Assembly (NCBI RefSeq): GCF_006345805.1
Contig: NW_021836291.1
Span: 248,001-312,000 of the forward strand
Source of the DNA: Octopus sinensis
Lineage: Eukaryota
Direction of reading: 5' to 3'
DNA: 64,000 nt
Below the pieces are notes generated by a model, which was not told the origin of the DNA, ran no database searches, and saw only the letters and a list, made by a program, of their open reading frames with translations. Of this stretch, positions 1 through 12,739 are shown one piece after another (positions within the stretch are counted from its first letter, which is position 1; each line of letters opens with the position of its first letter). Both the position numbers and the translations under genes were made by a program.

Positions 1-387
1 GGGATCTTAATCCGAATAACGTTTTTTGGTCCTGTAAAAGTGGTATTAATAATAAGAATTTCAAAGAAATATTCCCCCAATGATTAGAGGTTTTTGATAG
101 AATATTAATTATTTGAAAAATTTATTCGATATTTTGATAATGGAATTTTTATATTAACTGAATGCTATGTTTACTGAAAGATTGCGATTTATTTTGCGAA
201 GGGAAAATTGACATCTAAAAAAGTGAAGGAAACATAAAGGAGTAGCTAAATGCTTGTATTTGCAGCTGTGGAATAATTTGGAATCGGAAAGGCCAAAAAG
301 CTCAAAATTAATTTAGTCCAAACTCTTGCGGCCAATGAGTTTGTCTGAATAAAAAAATAAAATAATCAGAGTTTTAATTTCCTAGAC

Positions 388-765
388 TTTTTTTTTTATT
401 TTACAAACGAAAAGAGTTAAAATGCGCAGCGGATCGACTGGCAATTCCCGCGCATGATGGCCAATGAGATCCTTTGAAAGAGTCTGATCGACTCGTTGGG
501 ATCTTTCGTGGCAACCACGAGCTTAGATCCAAGGCGGCGGAGAAACGATAGCGTCTGCGGGCCGATGACTCCAGAGGTTTCCACCGCGACTGCAGTGAAT
601 TGGTGATTCTTTGCCAGGACCCGGTACTTCTTCTGTTTTGTTAGTTCCGCCTGCTTTGCAACTGAGCCCGGTTCCGCAGCGGAGGCAATTAGATTCTTGG
701 CGGAGAAAGTGTCGGAGCAGGTGGCGTCCCAGATAAGAGAAGGTCCCTAGATTTTAGCAAATTCG
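388..765 (-). mobile_element. CRE-like (RLE) non-LTR retrotransposon, 3' fragment
   Basis: Minus strand reads SLIWDATCSDTFSAKN...AVETSGVIGP...FQRISLAIMRGNCQSIRCAF*, the PD-(D/E)xK C-terminus of CRE-clade elements. A-rich tail appears as the T-run at 388-402 on plus. Homologous to 25592-25954. Confidence 0.8.
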
Positions 766-859
766 GGTAATGCAGAAAATGTGCGGTTGTGGAAGAGAAG
801 GAAAAAAAATGCTATGCGGCCGCAAACCCGAAAAGCTTGCGCACCCCTCTAGAGTCTAG

Positions 860-1870
860 ACAATGAACCCGAAATGGAGATCGTTGCTAAAAGTTTGCAT
901 GACTTCTCGCATGGAGGAGTTAACAAAATTGAATATGAATGTCGACAACGATATTTCCCAGTTAAAATGAGATTATTCGAAAAGTCATTCGAAACTGTGA
1001 AATTTGTAAATTTGCGCGACCCTTAAAAGTTTTAATTTTTCTAAATCCTAGATTGGGAATATAAATAACCATGTCTTTGCATCTTGCCCAAATGAAAGAT
1101 TTCAGATAGATCTTATAGATCTGAAAAGTTTTTCTACTATAAATAAAAATTTTAAATGGATTTTAACGGTCATTGACGTATATAGCAGGTTAGTTTTTTT
1201 TAACAATTTTTATAGATTTGCATTTGCGAGGCCGCGCTACACTGAGTCCTCAAATGAAGTTTGTGAAAACCTCAGATCATTATTTTTCTTAAATGGTCCG
1301 TGTCAATTTCTTCAGTCCGATAATGGGACTGAATTCAAGAATCGTGAAATGACCAATCTATTTGAGGAATTCAATATCAAACGAATTCACGGAAGGCCAA
1401 ACAATCCCCGCTCACAAGGGATTGTCGAAAGCTTCAACCAGTCAATTACAAGAAAAATGGCAAAAATGATCGACAATGATAATAAAAAGTGGCTGGAAAA
1501 ATTAGAAAATGCAGTGTACAGTTATAACATTTGTGTCCACTCATCTTCTAATGAGAGCCCTTTTGAAAGATACCGGGGAATAAGTGGAATAAATACAATA
1601 TTTTATGGTTGTAATTATAAAATTATTCCTTAGATAATTCAAGTAATGATTTGTTGAGTCCTGATCAAGTCGATGATGCAAACAATTGTCCGAGTCCAAT
1701 TGAAAATTCATGTAATTTGAATTTCTATATGTAGATGATTGTAATTATTCGTTTACAAGTCCAAAAAGATTTCAGTTCGAAATCAACCCCATTGATCCTA
1801 ATTCTAATTATTATTTTATCATATCTGGGACGCCACCATCCATTCTTTTTCCAACATACAAACAACATTG
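860..1870 (+). mobile_element. Intron-containing rve integrase with HHCC domain (Ginger/KRBA2-SCAND3-like), probably pseudogenised
   Basis: HDFSHGG...CEIC zinc domain, then PNERFQIDLID, IDVYSRFAF, SDNGTEF and PRSQGIVESFN (DDE). Continuity is restored by GT-AG introns at 1029-1051, 1189-1215, about 1608-1633 and 1712-1734. One frameshift near 965. No RT, gag or LTR seen nearby. Confidence 0.8.
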
Positions 1871-1888
1871 ATTTTTATCACTATATTT

Positions 1889-4346
1889 TATTTATTTATT
1901 TATTTATTTACCCCCGGCCCCTTCAATTGAAGGAAGCCGGTGGCTAACAAGAACGTTAGGGCCAATGTCGGACGCTCCCAAAGATCCCCGATCGTGATCC
2001 GGTGTTCCGAGGAAGTAGAAGGCGGGCCTGGACAGGAGAAAAGGTCGTTGAGGGAATAGGAAGGGGTTATTTCACCAAGACCGATTTTTATGCGATAATC
2101 GTGTAGGCCAGTATGGTGGCCACAGCGGAGACGAGCCAAGTTCACTCGGGCTTCTCTTGAGAGGGAGGATTCGATCTTATTAATTGGCGGCGGAAGGCGT
2201 CCCAGAAGCTTGTTTATTCCAAGACATCTGATTGCCCTCGTAGCCACCAGGTCGTGAATCCCCTTCTGGTTAATGTCCGGAGGGGATCGTATAAGCTTGC
2301 GGACTTTGTCCGCGAGGGTCGGAACTATTCTCCTGTTGTTAGTGGAGTGCCAGAGGAAGTAGCCAGGGTGATTTAGGGTTCGGCATTTGTCAAGAAATTG
2401 CAGCCCGAGCATTTCAAAATGGTCACTGATTGGAAGGATTTTCGATTCCCAATGTAGGTGGTCGGTAGGTGTCGTTTTTAGACAGCCGGTAATAATTCGT
2501 AATGCTGAGTTTTGAGTTCTCTGAAGTTTTTCAAGGTTTGTATTAGATAAGCAGGAACCCCAAGCAGGGATGGCGTAGTTCATAGTTGTTCTAATAAACT
2601 GCTTGTATACAGTTGTTAGACTTTCCTTATCCTGCCCAAATGAAGTCCCCGCAATAGCTCGGAGCACATTGAGTTTTTTCTGGGATTTTCCACAGATATA
2701 TGAAACATGTTTCGAGAAGGACAAACAGCAATCAAATATCAGACCCAAGATTTTGGGGGATTTTTCAACTGGGAGTGGAGTGTTGTCTAGGAATAGTTTA
2801 GGCTCTAAGTTGAACTGACGGCGGTCAGTTGTGAATAGCGTAACAGATGATTTGGAAGGAGAAGGTTGAAGAAGATTGCATTTCAGCCAGGACGAAAGAG
2901 TGTTCATGTGTTCCTGCAGAAATCCAGAAGCGGTGATTATGTTTTGGTGGCGGGAGGCAAAAATTAAGTCATCAGCGTAGGAGAGAAGTAGAGTATTATT
3001 GTTCGTCGGGATATTTGACAGATGTAAGTTAAATAAGGCAGGTGAAAGGACCGAGCCTTGGGGAACTCCGTTAGGCAAGTATTTGTAGCGTGAGTAAGAA
3101 GACATGATTGTGGTGCGACCAAGACGCCCAGAGAGAAAAGAGAGTAGCCATGACTTTATTTGGTGGGGGAATTCCGTATCGGTTATTTTCCTACACAGAA
3201 CGTGTCTTGACGTTCTGTCAAATGCCTTTTCAATGTCGATGGATGCAATAATTGTTCTTTGAGGTGGCTTATGATTGTTAAACCCATCCGCAATGAATTG
3301 TGTCAGTTTTGAAAGATGGGTGGAAGTGGAATGCAAAGAACGAAAGCCATGTTGAGATTCAGCAAATGGGAGGAAAGGTTTTATGATGCTCAATACAACT
3401 CGCTCTGTTATTTTTGAAACCACTGAGATCAAAGAGATAGGTCGAAAAGAGGAGGGGTCAGAGGTATCACGATTTGGCTTTGGGATAGGGATGATGGTAG
3501 ATTTCTTCCAAAGCATAGGAACCAGACCATGGTTGATCGAGTATTCGATTAAATTGGTCAGAGCCAGAAAGCCATTAGGACCCAGATTTTTTAGGTGGTG
3601 GATGGCAAGGCCATCAGGACCTCTGGCGTTAGAATTCCGCGAGTTAACAACAAGTTGCCTGGTAAATGATTCTGGGATGTTAATATAGTCAGTAGAATTG
3701 TCATTTGACTTATAATGTGTACGACTACCAACGCCACAATCCTATTCTAATCAAAATAAACCATCACCCTGTAAAGAAGAGAATTACGAAGACCTACATT
3801 AACTACAAACGGAAATGGGACTCGTTCAGGAGTGAAACTGAACGTATATTCAGTAATTTTTCTTGCTCTCCACTCAATCATTTGACGCTGCCGTTGCTTT
3901 CTTACTAGTACACTTCTTTCTGCGGACAAAAAATTTATTCCCCGCGGCTTCATCCGAAATCACGGCCTCCACTTCCCCCACCTATCATTGAACTATTCAA
4001 AAAACGAAGGAGGATCAAATCGACGACTTCTATCAATGGAAATGGAGAATCTCTAGCAGAAATACAACAAAAATTGACGAATAATCAAGAAACATAAAAC
4101 TGACGAATGGAATGATTTTATCACTTCAATAACCCCAAATACTGGATCCCGTGCTTTCTGGAGAACCCTCAAGAAAATTCACACGGGCAAACATGTCCCC
4201 TCTCACATGCCACCGGTATCTCGACCAAAAATCTGTCCTATCTTTCCAGGATCAAGCCAACATCTTAATTCGCCATTATGCAAAAATCAGTCACCTTCCT
4301 ACCCCAAAGGATCTCCGTTTCGTAAGAAAATCACATTATAAGTCAA
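1889..4346 (-). mobile_element. I/Ingi-group-like LINE, 5'-truncated with 5' inversion, 12-bp TSD
   Basis: 538-aa RT ORF 1900-3516 (QHGFR, DIEKAFD, PQGSVLSP, YADD, RLRCGH) that extends upstream to 3719. (TAAA)n tail at 1889-1910. Upstream linker is on the plus strand at 3720-4348. TSD ATCACTATATTT at 1877-1888 and 4347-4358. Confidence 0.92.
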
Positions 4347-7242
4347 ATCACTATATTTATGATTCATCATCCCATTTTTTTCCAACATACAAACAGAAAA
4401 AATTTAAAATAATATATACATTATTTGTTTACACTTTTATTAAAAATAATTATATATAATTGATTAAATAAAAGGAATTTAAAAACCACGTGAAATTTAA
4501 TGTTTTGTTGATGAAACAAATCAAAGTCAAAAATCCTAAAAATAAAGGCGTGTCAAGATCTAAGAGAAAAAAGATTGGAAAATTATTCCAAAAACACATG
4601 TATTTCAGATTTAACATTTCAGCCCCCTTCGTACGAATAAAGATTGGGAAAAAATTTATTCCGACAAGTCACTCTACGGTAAAAATGAGACCAGGCCACT
4701 GTTACCAACAAAAGTTGGCACAAAACTTTTTCAACGATTTATCCAAGTGGAGATTCCTGAAGAAAAGAAACCCAAATCAAAAATCCATACAAAAGAGAAT
4801 AAAAACACTCAAAACATTTCCAAACTCCAAGATTTCAGTTTTGAAGAATTTAAGTCATATTTAACCCACGTGGAAACTCTCGTCATCTCATTTCCAATAG
4901 AAAATGTTAAATTCATTTAAATTCAAAATAGATTTTAAAATTTTCACAATTTTTGGATTTTCTGAACTCTTATCCACTCGACGGTGAAAAAATGGAAGCC
5001 ACTGTCAACTCACTTTATGAAGTCTTGGTTGATCTCACTCCGGGGTACCAGTATAAGCCCACCATCCACAAGAATCAGACTCGGGTCTTATAATTTCTCG
5101 TATTTAGTCAGCTTAAAAAAGAGACACTATCACAGTGTCGATACGAATCTGATTTTTTGTCGATTTACAAAAGATTTGTGGATTTTCTCATAAAAATGTC
5201 AAGTCTCACAACAGATGACAAATCGTCGGTTTTTTGTTTAACAAAATTGTCTGAATTGATGCTTTCAAATGGACATTTCAACTTTTTTGAGACCGTCGTT
5301 GAGTTTTTTGTTCGAGTTCTTTCTTTTAAAGACGAGGTACTTGATTTTTATATTTTTACTACCAGAAAAATCACATTGCATATAATGCGTTGGCTAAACT
5401 GCTGATGGAAGATCAGTTAGGAGAAATTAGTCTTAAAGTCGTTTCCGTCGTCTCCGCGATTTCAAAAAACGCGGGAGTTTTTTGCAAGGAGGTTTGATGC
5501 TGTTTTATTGGTGGAGATGGTGACTATTTTATTCCATGTCAAGATTGATGAAGAACTCAGTCTTCGTGCTTTGGATACTCTGAAAGGAGCCGATGAGTGT
5601 GTTGATAGAAGAAGTATGTCTAGAAAAGAGCGGAAAGTTGTCGGTTTCAATTCATATTTAGGAAAATCGAGAATTTCGTATTTTGGAAAAGGAAATGCGT
5701 CATACGGAAATAAAAGAGAACCGAGAAAGAATTTCCGAATTAGTATTTATTGTTAAATCAGTCAAAGCAAGCAAAAATATTGCAACAGATTTTCTACGTT
5801 CTTTTTAGAATTGTCCGAAAAGAGCGGGTTGAGGCTGATTTACTCTCTGCCGTGCTATCAGGTCTTTCCAGGTTTTTCTAAAGCATTGAAAGCTTAGATT
5901 TGCTGGTTACATAAATATTGAGATGGTCCATGATTTGCTGCAGCATTTTAAAAAAATGTTAAATGAGGTTGATTGAGATGATGATCTCAGAATGAATTGA
6001 GTGATTTAGACAAAATAAATATAGTGCGGACTGCCTTTGTGATCACAGCTGGCGGGGAGGTTTCACTCAGTATAGAACAAAATACATTCCTCCGTGGGCT
6101 TAACGAATCTATCCAGTCCGTTTTGGGTTGTTTGTTTGGCAATATTCGCAGGATCTAACGAGGATGTAAAATGTTTGATTGACTGTCTTCAAGTCGTTGT
6201 CTCTCGTTGTTGCGGACAGTTAAATAGTACTCATATTGAGGGGATATTGGGGAGATTAATATCCACCTGCATGTACTCTTCTCCTTCTGTAGTTTTGACT
6301 TATTTTGACATTGCGAAAAAATTTATAATGGTTTGAGTTGTCTGTGGATTATTGTAGAGAGGGGGAAGGGGAGTTATGAGAAGACTAATGGGAGAGGCTG
6401 TTTATAGTTATACAAATGATTGCTCACTCGAAGGGGTTCTCTGGCAGTTCTCTTTTTTGAAAGTAGACTGGGTTTGAATGAGTTTAGAAACATTTTGCAG
6501 TTGATGTCTGTGATGGAGTTGATGGAATTTTATCTTTGATTGATGGAAAAGTGCATCCTGCGAATTTCAGAAATAACACTGTTGTCAAATCTGCTGGTTT
6601 GGACGAGGATTGTGAATTGATGATGAGGGGTGTGGAGAAACCTTTTCCAGTATCTCGAGTTTTAATTTCATGGTACATTTTCTAGGCAAAGTGGAATGGT
6701 TTTATGTCGGAGGAGTTTTCTCGTTATTATCGTGATATTCAATAATATTTTGAATAAATTATTTTTTTTGTCATTCAAGCTTTAGAAAAATATCGATTAT
6801 CAGTTAATTATTCATCTTCTTGTAGTATTGATTATTATCGCTAATCGGTTGTATTTTAAAAGTAAAAGATACTTTTAATAACAGTTCTTAAGATTAGTTA
6901 AAATTTGAGACTTTTTATGCATTCGAGCATCAACAAAAATTTTTTTCTTTTAATTTTTGACATTGCGAAATTGGGTCAATTTATGTATTATAGCAATAAA
7001 CTGAATATTCAAGAATTTGGACAATTTATTTTTTAGGTTACTTCAACTTCGATAGTGATCTCATAACATTTGATTAAAGTGCTCAATTATTTCCCCTAAA
7101 ATATTTTTATTCCTTAAAATAACCTGTGATTTAAGATTATTAGATCTGTAGCAGAATTGTTAAATTATGGACTTTTCGAAAATCAGGATGTCTGTATTTT
7201 TTAATTCTGTAGAATCTCAGAAGGACTATTGAGATAAAAAAA

Positions 7243-7741
7243 GGTACTTTTGCATTTCATCCTGCACGAAAATAGCCACTAAATGAATTAAGGAAAATTT
7301 TTATAAATATTATATAGAAAATTTAAAAATTGAACTATGCCGATTTTGTAAATTTTATTCTAATTTTTTTTAAAAAAGTGGTGTCAAAACAATACCGACA
7401 AAATTAAATCTGAGCTATTTACGACCACCTGTCTAAAAAGACACAGTTGTTCGTTAATAAAGATGCTTAACATCATCCCCTCAGTGAAAAAATCTTTATT
7501 ACACAAAAAAGGTCAGCTGGTAGTACGCATGTATGGCCGCTCCATTCCAGTTGACTCCGACACCATAAAATACTGTGTCTGTCGAAACTCCACATGTACA
7601 TAAAGCGAATACATGACTGTAAGGTCACTTTCGTGCCTTCGAGCCACGTACCTAAAAATAAAGTACTCTCTTGTACCGTTTCTAATAGAACATTAATTCA
7701 TTTAGTGGCTATTTTCGTGCAGGATGAAATGCAAAAGTACC
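7243..7741. mobile_element. MITE / internally deleted DNA transposon with 49-bp perfect TIRs (Merlin-like)
   Basis: TIR GGTACTTTTGCATTTCATCCTGCACGAAAATAGCCACTAAATGAATTAA at 7243-7291, inverted at 7693-7741, flanked by A-runs. The GGTAC start fits the GGNRM Merlin consensus. Internal remnant ...DSDTIKYCVCRNSTC... resembles a Merlin/IS1016 N-terminus. Superfamily is inferred. Confidence 0.75.
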
Positions 7742-9572
7742 AAAAAAAAGGGGCTCGAGATTTTTAGAAACCTCAAATTTATTTATTAGTGACCTAGCAA
7801 AAGCAAAACTAAGATAATTATGATCATAAAACCGATTATAGACGTCAATAACAAATAAAATCAATTTTTATTCTCCGTTAACTCTTTCAAATCTTTTCAG
7901 ATCAATAAGGTCAATTTAAAATCGCTCATTTGGACCAAAGCGAAAAACATGATTGGTTTTATCTACGTTTTAAGCCATTAAAAAACTTAACTTGAAGTAG
8001 AAGTAAAAACTTGCAGACATCGCAATGCCGAGGATAAAAGATTTTAATTTATTTGACCCCTTCATGAGATATTAGAGGGAAAGAAAAAGCATAGGTCTTT
8101 CCATTTTTGACAGACAGACCAAGGGAATTACTAATTTTTAATTTTAATTTTCAAATAAAGCCTTTAGATTAAAAAAGATTAATACTTATCCTTTTTGGCA
8201 AAAATGGGAGATCCTTCAGCCAATCGTAAAAAGCAAGCTGCCCATGTCACATATTGTGCTAAATTGTTTTCTGTATAGCTGGTAAATGAACAAAGAATAC
8301 TAATTTCATTATATACAAAAGTGGAGACCTTCATCACCTAAGTGCCTTTTAGTCTTAGAATAATATTTTCTTCAACTATCAAATGTAAACTACTTTTTAA
8401 GAGCAAAAAAATCTTTGGTTTTTTTGGAATTGAATAGATACTTTCTGAAGTTCAGCATTTCAGGGTAGTGAAAGGGGGTTCCAGAAATCTGATTTTATGT
8501 CAAAATATTTTAAACCCTTTTGAGATATTTGCACATTAAGCTCGTAAAAAGTCAAATGATTGCTCTCAATATCATCAAGATAAACATGTTTGCAAATCTC
8601 ACCAATTTTTATTCTTTTAATGTCGACAACATAGAAATGGCTTTTGAGTATGAAAAATTACTATCTGAGATTCAGCACGTATCTAGCATCCATTATTTTT
8701 TTGATTTGCTTTGTCTCCCAAATTCTCCTTATATATCTAGTTCCTTCGACTAGTCCATTTCAGATAAGACTGAATGTATTTGTAGATTTTCTCTTTTTCT
8801 GTAGAAATTTCATGATCAAACAGTCAAGGATATGATCATTCAGACTAAGCTTAAAAGCTAGTTTAAGCGTGACAGTGACTCTGTTCAGATTTTAAGACGA
8901 TATTCTGATATTGCTTAAATTACTATCAGGCTTCTAGTCCAAGTAAAAGACTTGAAAAGATAACTGTTCTTCCTTTTCTCAAAAATGTCGAGCTGATAAT
9001 TTGAAATCCAGGTACCGGATTTACGACAAAAAGTGCGTTTTAATATGTCTCAGGCGCTAAGCATTACCGAGCACTACGAATTACTCGAATGGACTTTGAA
9101 AAAATCAAAAAAATACTTGAAAGTTTATTTTTTTCAAATTAATATACTTAATTTGATCAAACACAAAAACAAAGTTATTAACAAGAGGTTTATTGTTACA
9201 AAAGATAGTGGATACAAATTTAAGCACCAGTAGTACACATTTTTCGTGACACGTGGTATTTTGTCTCTCAGATTCACGCCAAAGGTTATCTTAAATGGTA
9301 TTCTGTTCATTTTCTTCAGTAATTTTATGATTCTTGCTTTTGAGGGGGACAAGATTCACTATTCCAACCCATACATCAGCACTGGAAAAATAGCTCTTGC
9401 TCGGAAAATAAATAGCATAGTTTCCGGGGGTAAGCGAAATTTGATTAGGCACATGATCATTTGTGTACACCGTTGGGGATAATTTCCTGCTTATTTTCTG
9501 AAAATTGGACTCACAGGTACAGAAATATGGTAAGGTTTTTGCCTTTCTTTCTACTCTAGTGAGCATGCACTT

Positions 9573-10130
9573 CTATATTGACAGAGTCAAGTAATTTAGT
9601 TTCATTTCCGACCTCGTGGGGAGGGCTGCCTCGTCCCTAATAAGAGTGTAATTGGCATAAATAAGCACGTTCGTTGAGATACACACAGGTTTTAGGAAGT
9701 CAGCTATATACACGTTAAACAATAATGGGCTGAGGACTGAGCCCGGGTGGTAATCCTCTTCTTTAAAAAAAGGCTCTCGAATCTGGGCCAAGATAGTTGA
9801 AAAAAGAGATCCTCTGACTCAAAAAACTCATTAGCCATTCAATTTCATAATTTATAAGATTTTTCAGGAAGACGGAGTGACAGACACTGTCAAAAGCTTT
9901 CGAGACATCCAAACAGATAATACAGAATCCCGTGCCTTGGATACTATGGAATTCAGTTGATAGATAAAGAAACCAAAGGGCCGAGTCTCAGAATCAGTAA
10001 TCGGGCAACGTCTCAATATGCTTGTGTAGTTTGCTGAAGGTGGCTCCGGTAAAGAGGCAAATGAATCTGGTCCAGAACAGTTTCGAGTTGATTGCGGAGA
10101 AGTTTGTTAGTTTCCTCTTGACTGGACAGG
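9573..10130 (-). mobile_element. Degraded LINE reverse transcriptase fragment
   Basis: Frameshifted motifs CIICLDVSKAFDSVCH (about 9890-9930) and PGSVLSPLLFNVYIAD...LIYAN. Confidence 0.7.
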
Positions 10131-11003
10131 TTCAAAACCCAGTATGTATTACTTTTTAACATCTCTCAAAATTGAAATGAATGGTTTAAAAAACTCATGA
10201 AACGTTGATACTCATGAAACGTTGATACAATTGAAAACCCTTTCATAGATTACTATTTTTTTCCAAATTGATTAAACTGATATAGATGATACAATTGAAT
10301 CAATAAACAAACAATTTAATTACACTAAAGTTTAAGAGTATAATTTAATAAAAAGACTCTTTTTCTTTTATGAGTGTATTCATGAGGATCCACCCAATTA
10401 CTATCTTCTTTTCGACAGCCGGACTCGCAATTTTGTGAACATATTTAGTTTCGCGCTTTTCCAATCAATCTGTGGAAAATATTATTTTCTCAATTCGAGT
10501 TCTGATCCTATGTTAATGTTTGACGGTAATACTTTCAATTGTCTTCTTTAGTACTAATCATTGAATATATTCCTCATTTGGCACATCAATCGATAATGCA
10601 TTCACATGGTTTTTGAAGCATTTCGAAACAATTCCACTCCATGTCAAACCAAATCGAACAATTTTTTCAGGAACATTGCATAAAATTTCCAATTCACTAT
10701 CTAGCAAGTCATACTTGTATTGTTTTTCTACCTCAGTCTGTATGAGTGCTTCCTATGACGTGATCCAAACTTATATAATCACGATCTCCATCTTGAGAGT
10801 TTGAACTTTTTTATATCATACATTCTAAATAAATAAAGATTTATGCATCTAACAACTTTGTTATGTCTTCTCATGTAATCACTGGTTAGCATTCGGTTCC
10901 TCGTGTGGCCAGATGATCAACGGATTTCTTGGTCTTTTGTTACAGTCCTTCAGTTATGGTATATTAATAATTTAAAGTCAGAATTAAAAAAATATAATAA
11001 AAA

Positions 11004-11075
11004 AGGTTCCACCGAGATTCGAACTCGGGTTGCCGGATTCAAAGTCCGGAGTGATAACCGCTACACTATGGAACC
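11004..11075 (-). tRNA. tRNA-Gln (anticodon TTG)
   Basis: GGTTCCATAGTGTAGCGGTTATCACTCCGGACTTTGAATCCGGCAACCCGAGTTCGAATCTCGGTGGAACCT. Complete cloverleaf, anticodon stem CCGGA/TCCGG, followed by a T-run terminator. Confidence 0.95.
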
Positions 11076-11085
11076 TTTTCCCTAA

Positions 11086-12136
11086 CTAGTTCTCCATTTT
11101 ATAGGACGTGACACACCTGTTATTTACACATTGTTTTCTAAACATATGACAAATGAGCATTCGAGCGTCGTTGGAATGCCCACAATTTTCGCACGTGTTC
11201 CCTTTTCGGTCAAAGAACAAAGCATAGTGGAAGTCGACTGCCTTTGCTTGGTTGTCTAAAAGTGTGGTGCATTGATCATTTCTTATGACACAGTGTACTC
11301 TGTAAAACCACATCTGATATGAAAACTGTTCATATTCTATTGCCACACTGAGTGCCGGGGAGACGATTTTGGTTGGGAAGCCAGAATAGGTTTGTGCTAG
11401 TGCAGTGTTCTGGGAGGTCGCACTCGTTCTGGGTGGGGCGACAGATTTCGTCTCTGTTTGATCGAGTGGAACAAGACCGGCCATGTAGGAAGGTCATCGC
11501 ACTCGGCAGTGCTGCATATGGCATTGGGTCAGAGGATTACAACAAACATTTTCAGAGTGTTCGGCCAGTCAGCAGTCGCAGTCTTCTCCTTATCGACCAC
11601 ATAATTGCCACACAAGGTGATCTTTGGAAGATTGACAAGACACTCTCTCCGTTTAAACGGGAGATTGCGGAGGTGCTTGGCTGACCATGCGACAAAGTGG
11701 ACCTTGGTAAGTTGTAAGGAAAGTGACTTGATTTGATAGTCCATGATACAGTTATAAAGATGGTGAGGCAGTCAGAGAGTGTGTCCAATCTCATATGCTA
11801 AGGCAATGACGTTTTAATAGTCATAGTTCAAGTAATGTGGGGGATAATTGTAAGGATATTTGATTGATGTAGATGATACTGTTCAACTCGTATGTACTGT
11901 TTTTGTAGGTCTGACCCTTCACTAAATTATCAGGTTCGTGTCTTTTTTCTATTTTTAATGACCAACGATAAATAGAAGAGAATGTCAACCACGTCTTTCT
12001 TTGGGCGAGGGATTTGAGTATTTGTGTCCTGTCCATTCTGTTGTAGGCATGTAGTTTGTTGAATGCATTTATATTGCCAAGGACAGTGAAAATATGGTGT
12101 TGCATGAAGAGAGTGGCCACACAGTTGACGATTCAC
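11086..12136 (-). pseudogene. ADAM metalloprotease-disintegrin pseudogene
   Basis: Degenerate zinc motif AYEIGHTL*LPH, Met-turn CIM, CGNYVVD, disintegrin CRPTQNECDLPEHC and Cys-rich domain. Multiple frameshifts. Confidence 0.85.
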
Positions 12137-12739
12137 TTAATCCTGTCTTGAAGGGCTATTTTTAGTTTTCAGAGTATCGAATTCTAGAAGATGCTTTAAA
12201 AATAAATTTCGGAAAGTTTTTTCTAGGCAAGTTGGAAATCAATATAGACGTGTAAAAAAGGGTGATAATTTTATAATAATTAATGAAATGTATTTTATAA
12301 ATTTTGAATAATAAATTCTTGTTTGAAAATAATCGATGATTAAAATTTAAAGATTTCTCGAAAGTAAATTACAAACAGTTTATTTCCCCTGTCATTTAAT
12401 AAACGCAATTACTGATTTAGTCGTAAGCAATCGTTTTGATTAGAACACATTTAAATATTACTGAAGCCACAGCAGTACGTCGGCACCATAAATGGTAAAC
12501 GTCGGATTCCTTGAAAGTGATTTTGTTGCATATCTTCAGATTTATTTTATTTAATTCCAATCCATCGAATCGTTAGGCCCATAATTTTTGAACGTTTCGT
12601 GAATTAATTGTACTAGAATTATAAATTTTGTTTCCTCGTCGTAGAACGTTCTTTAAGAAAATTTAGAAAACTAACATTTAGCCTTCAAAATGCAAAAAAT
12701 AAATATTTGTTTTGTTGCCCAAAAAGGGTGACAGCAAAG

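Noticed and set aside
2603-3688. Short ORFs antisense to RT genes (also 51603-53663, 40008-40580)
   Set aside because: Shadow ORFs of transposon coding strands.
1838-4396. TTTTTCCAACATACAAACA at about 1846 and 4376 as the LINE TSD
   Set aside because: The copies do not abut the element ends. The true TSD is ATCACTATATTT, and this is a pre-existing local duplication.
4460-6700. Ser/Thr-rich coding-like stretches, and similar ones at 8200-9570 and 30830-31050
   Set aside because: No recognisable domain and no consistent splice reconstruction, so left unannotated.
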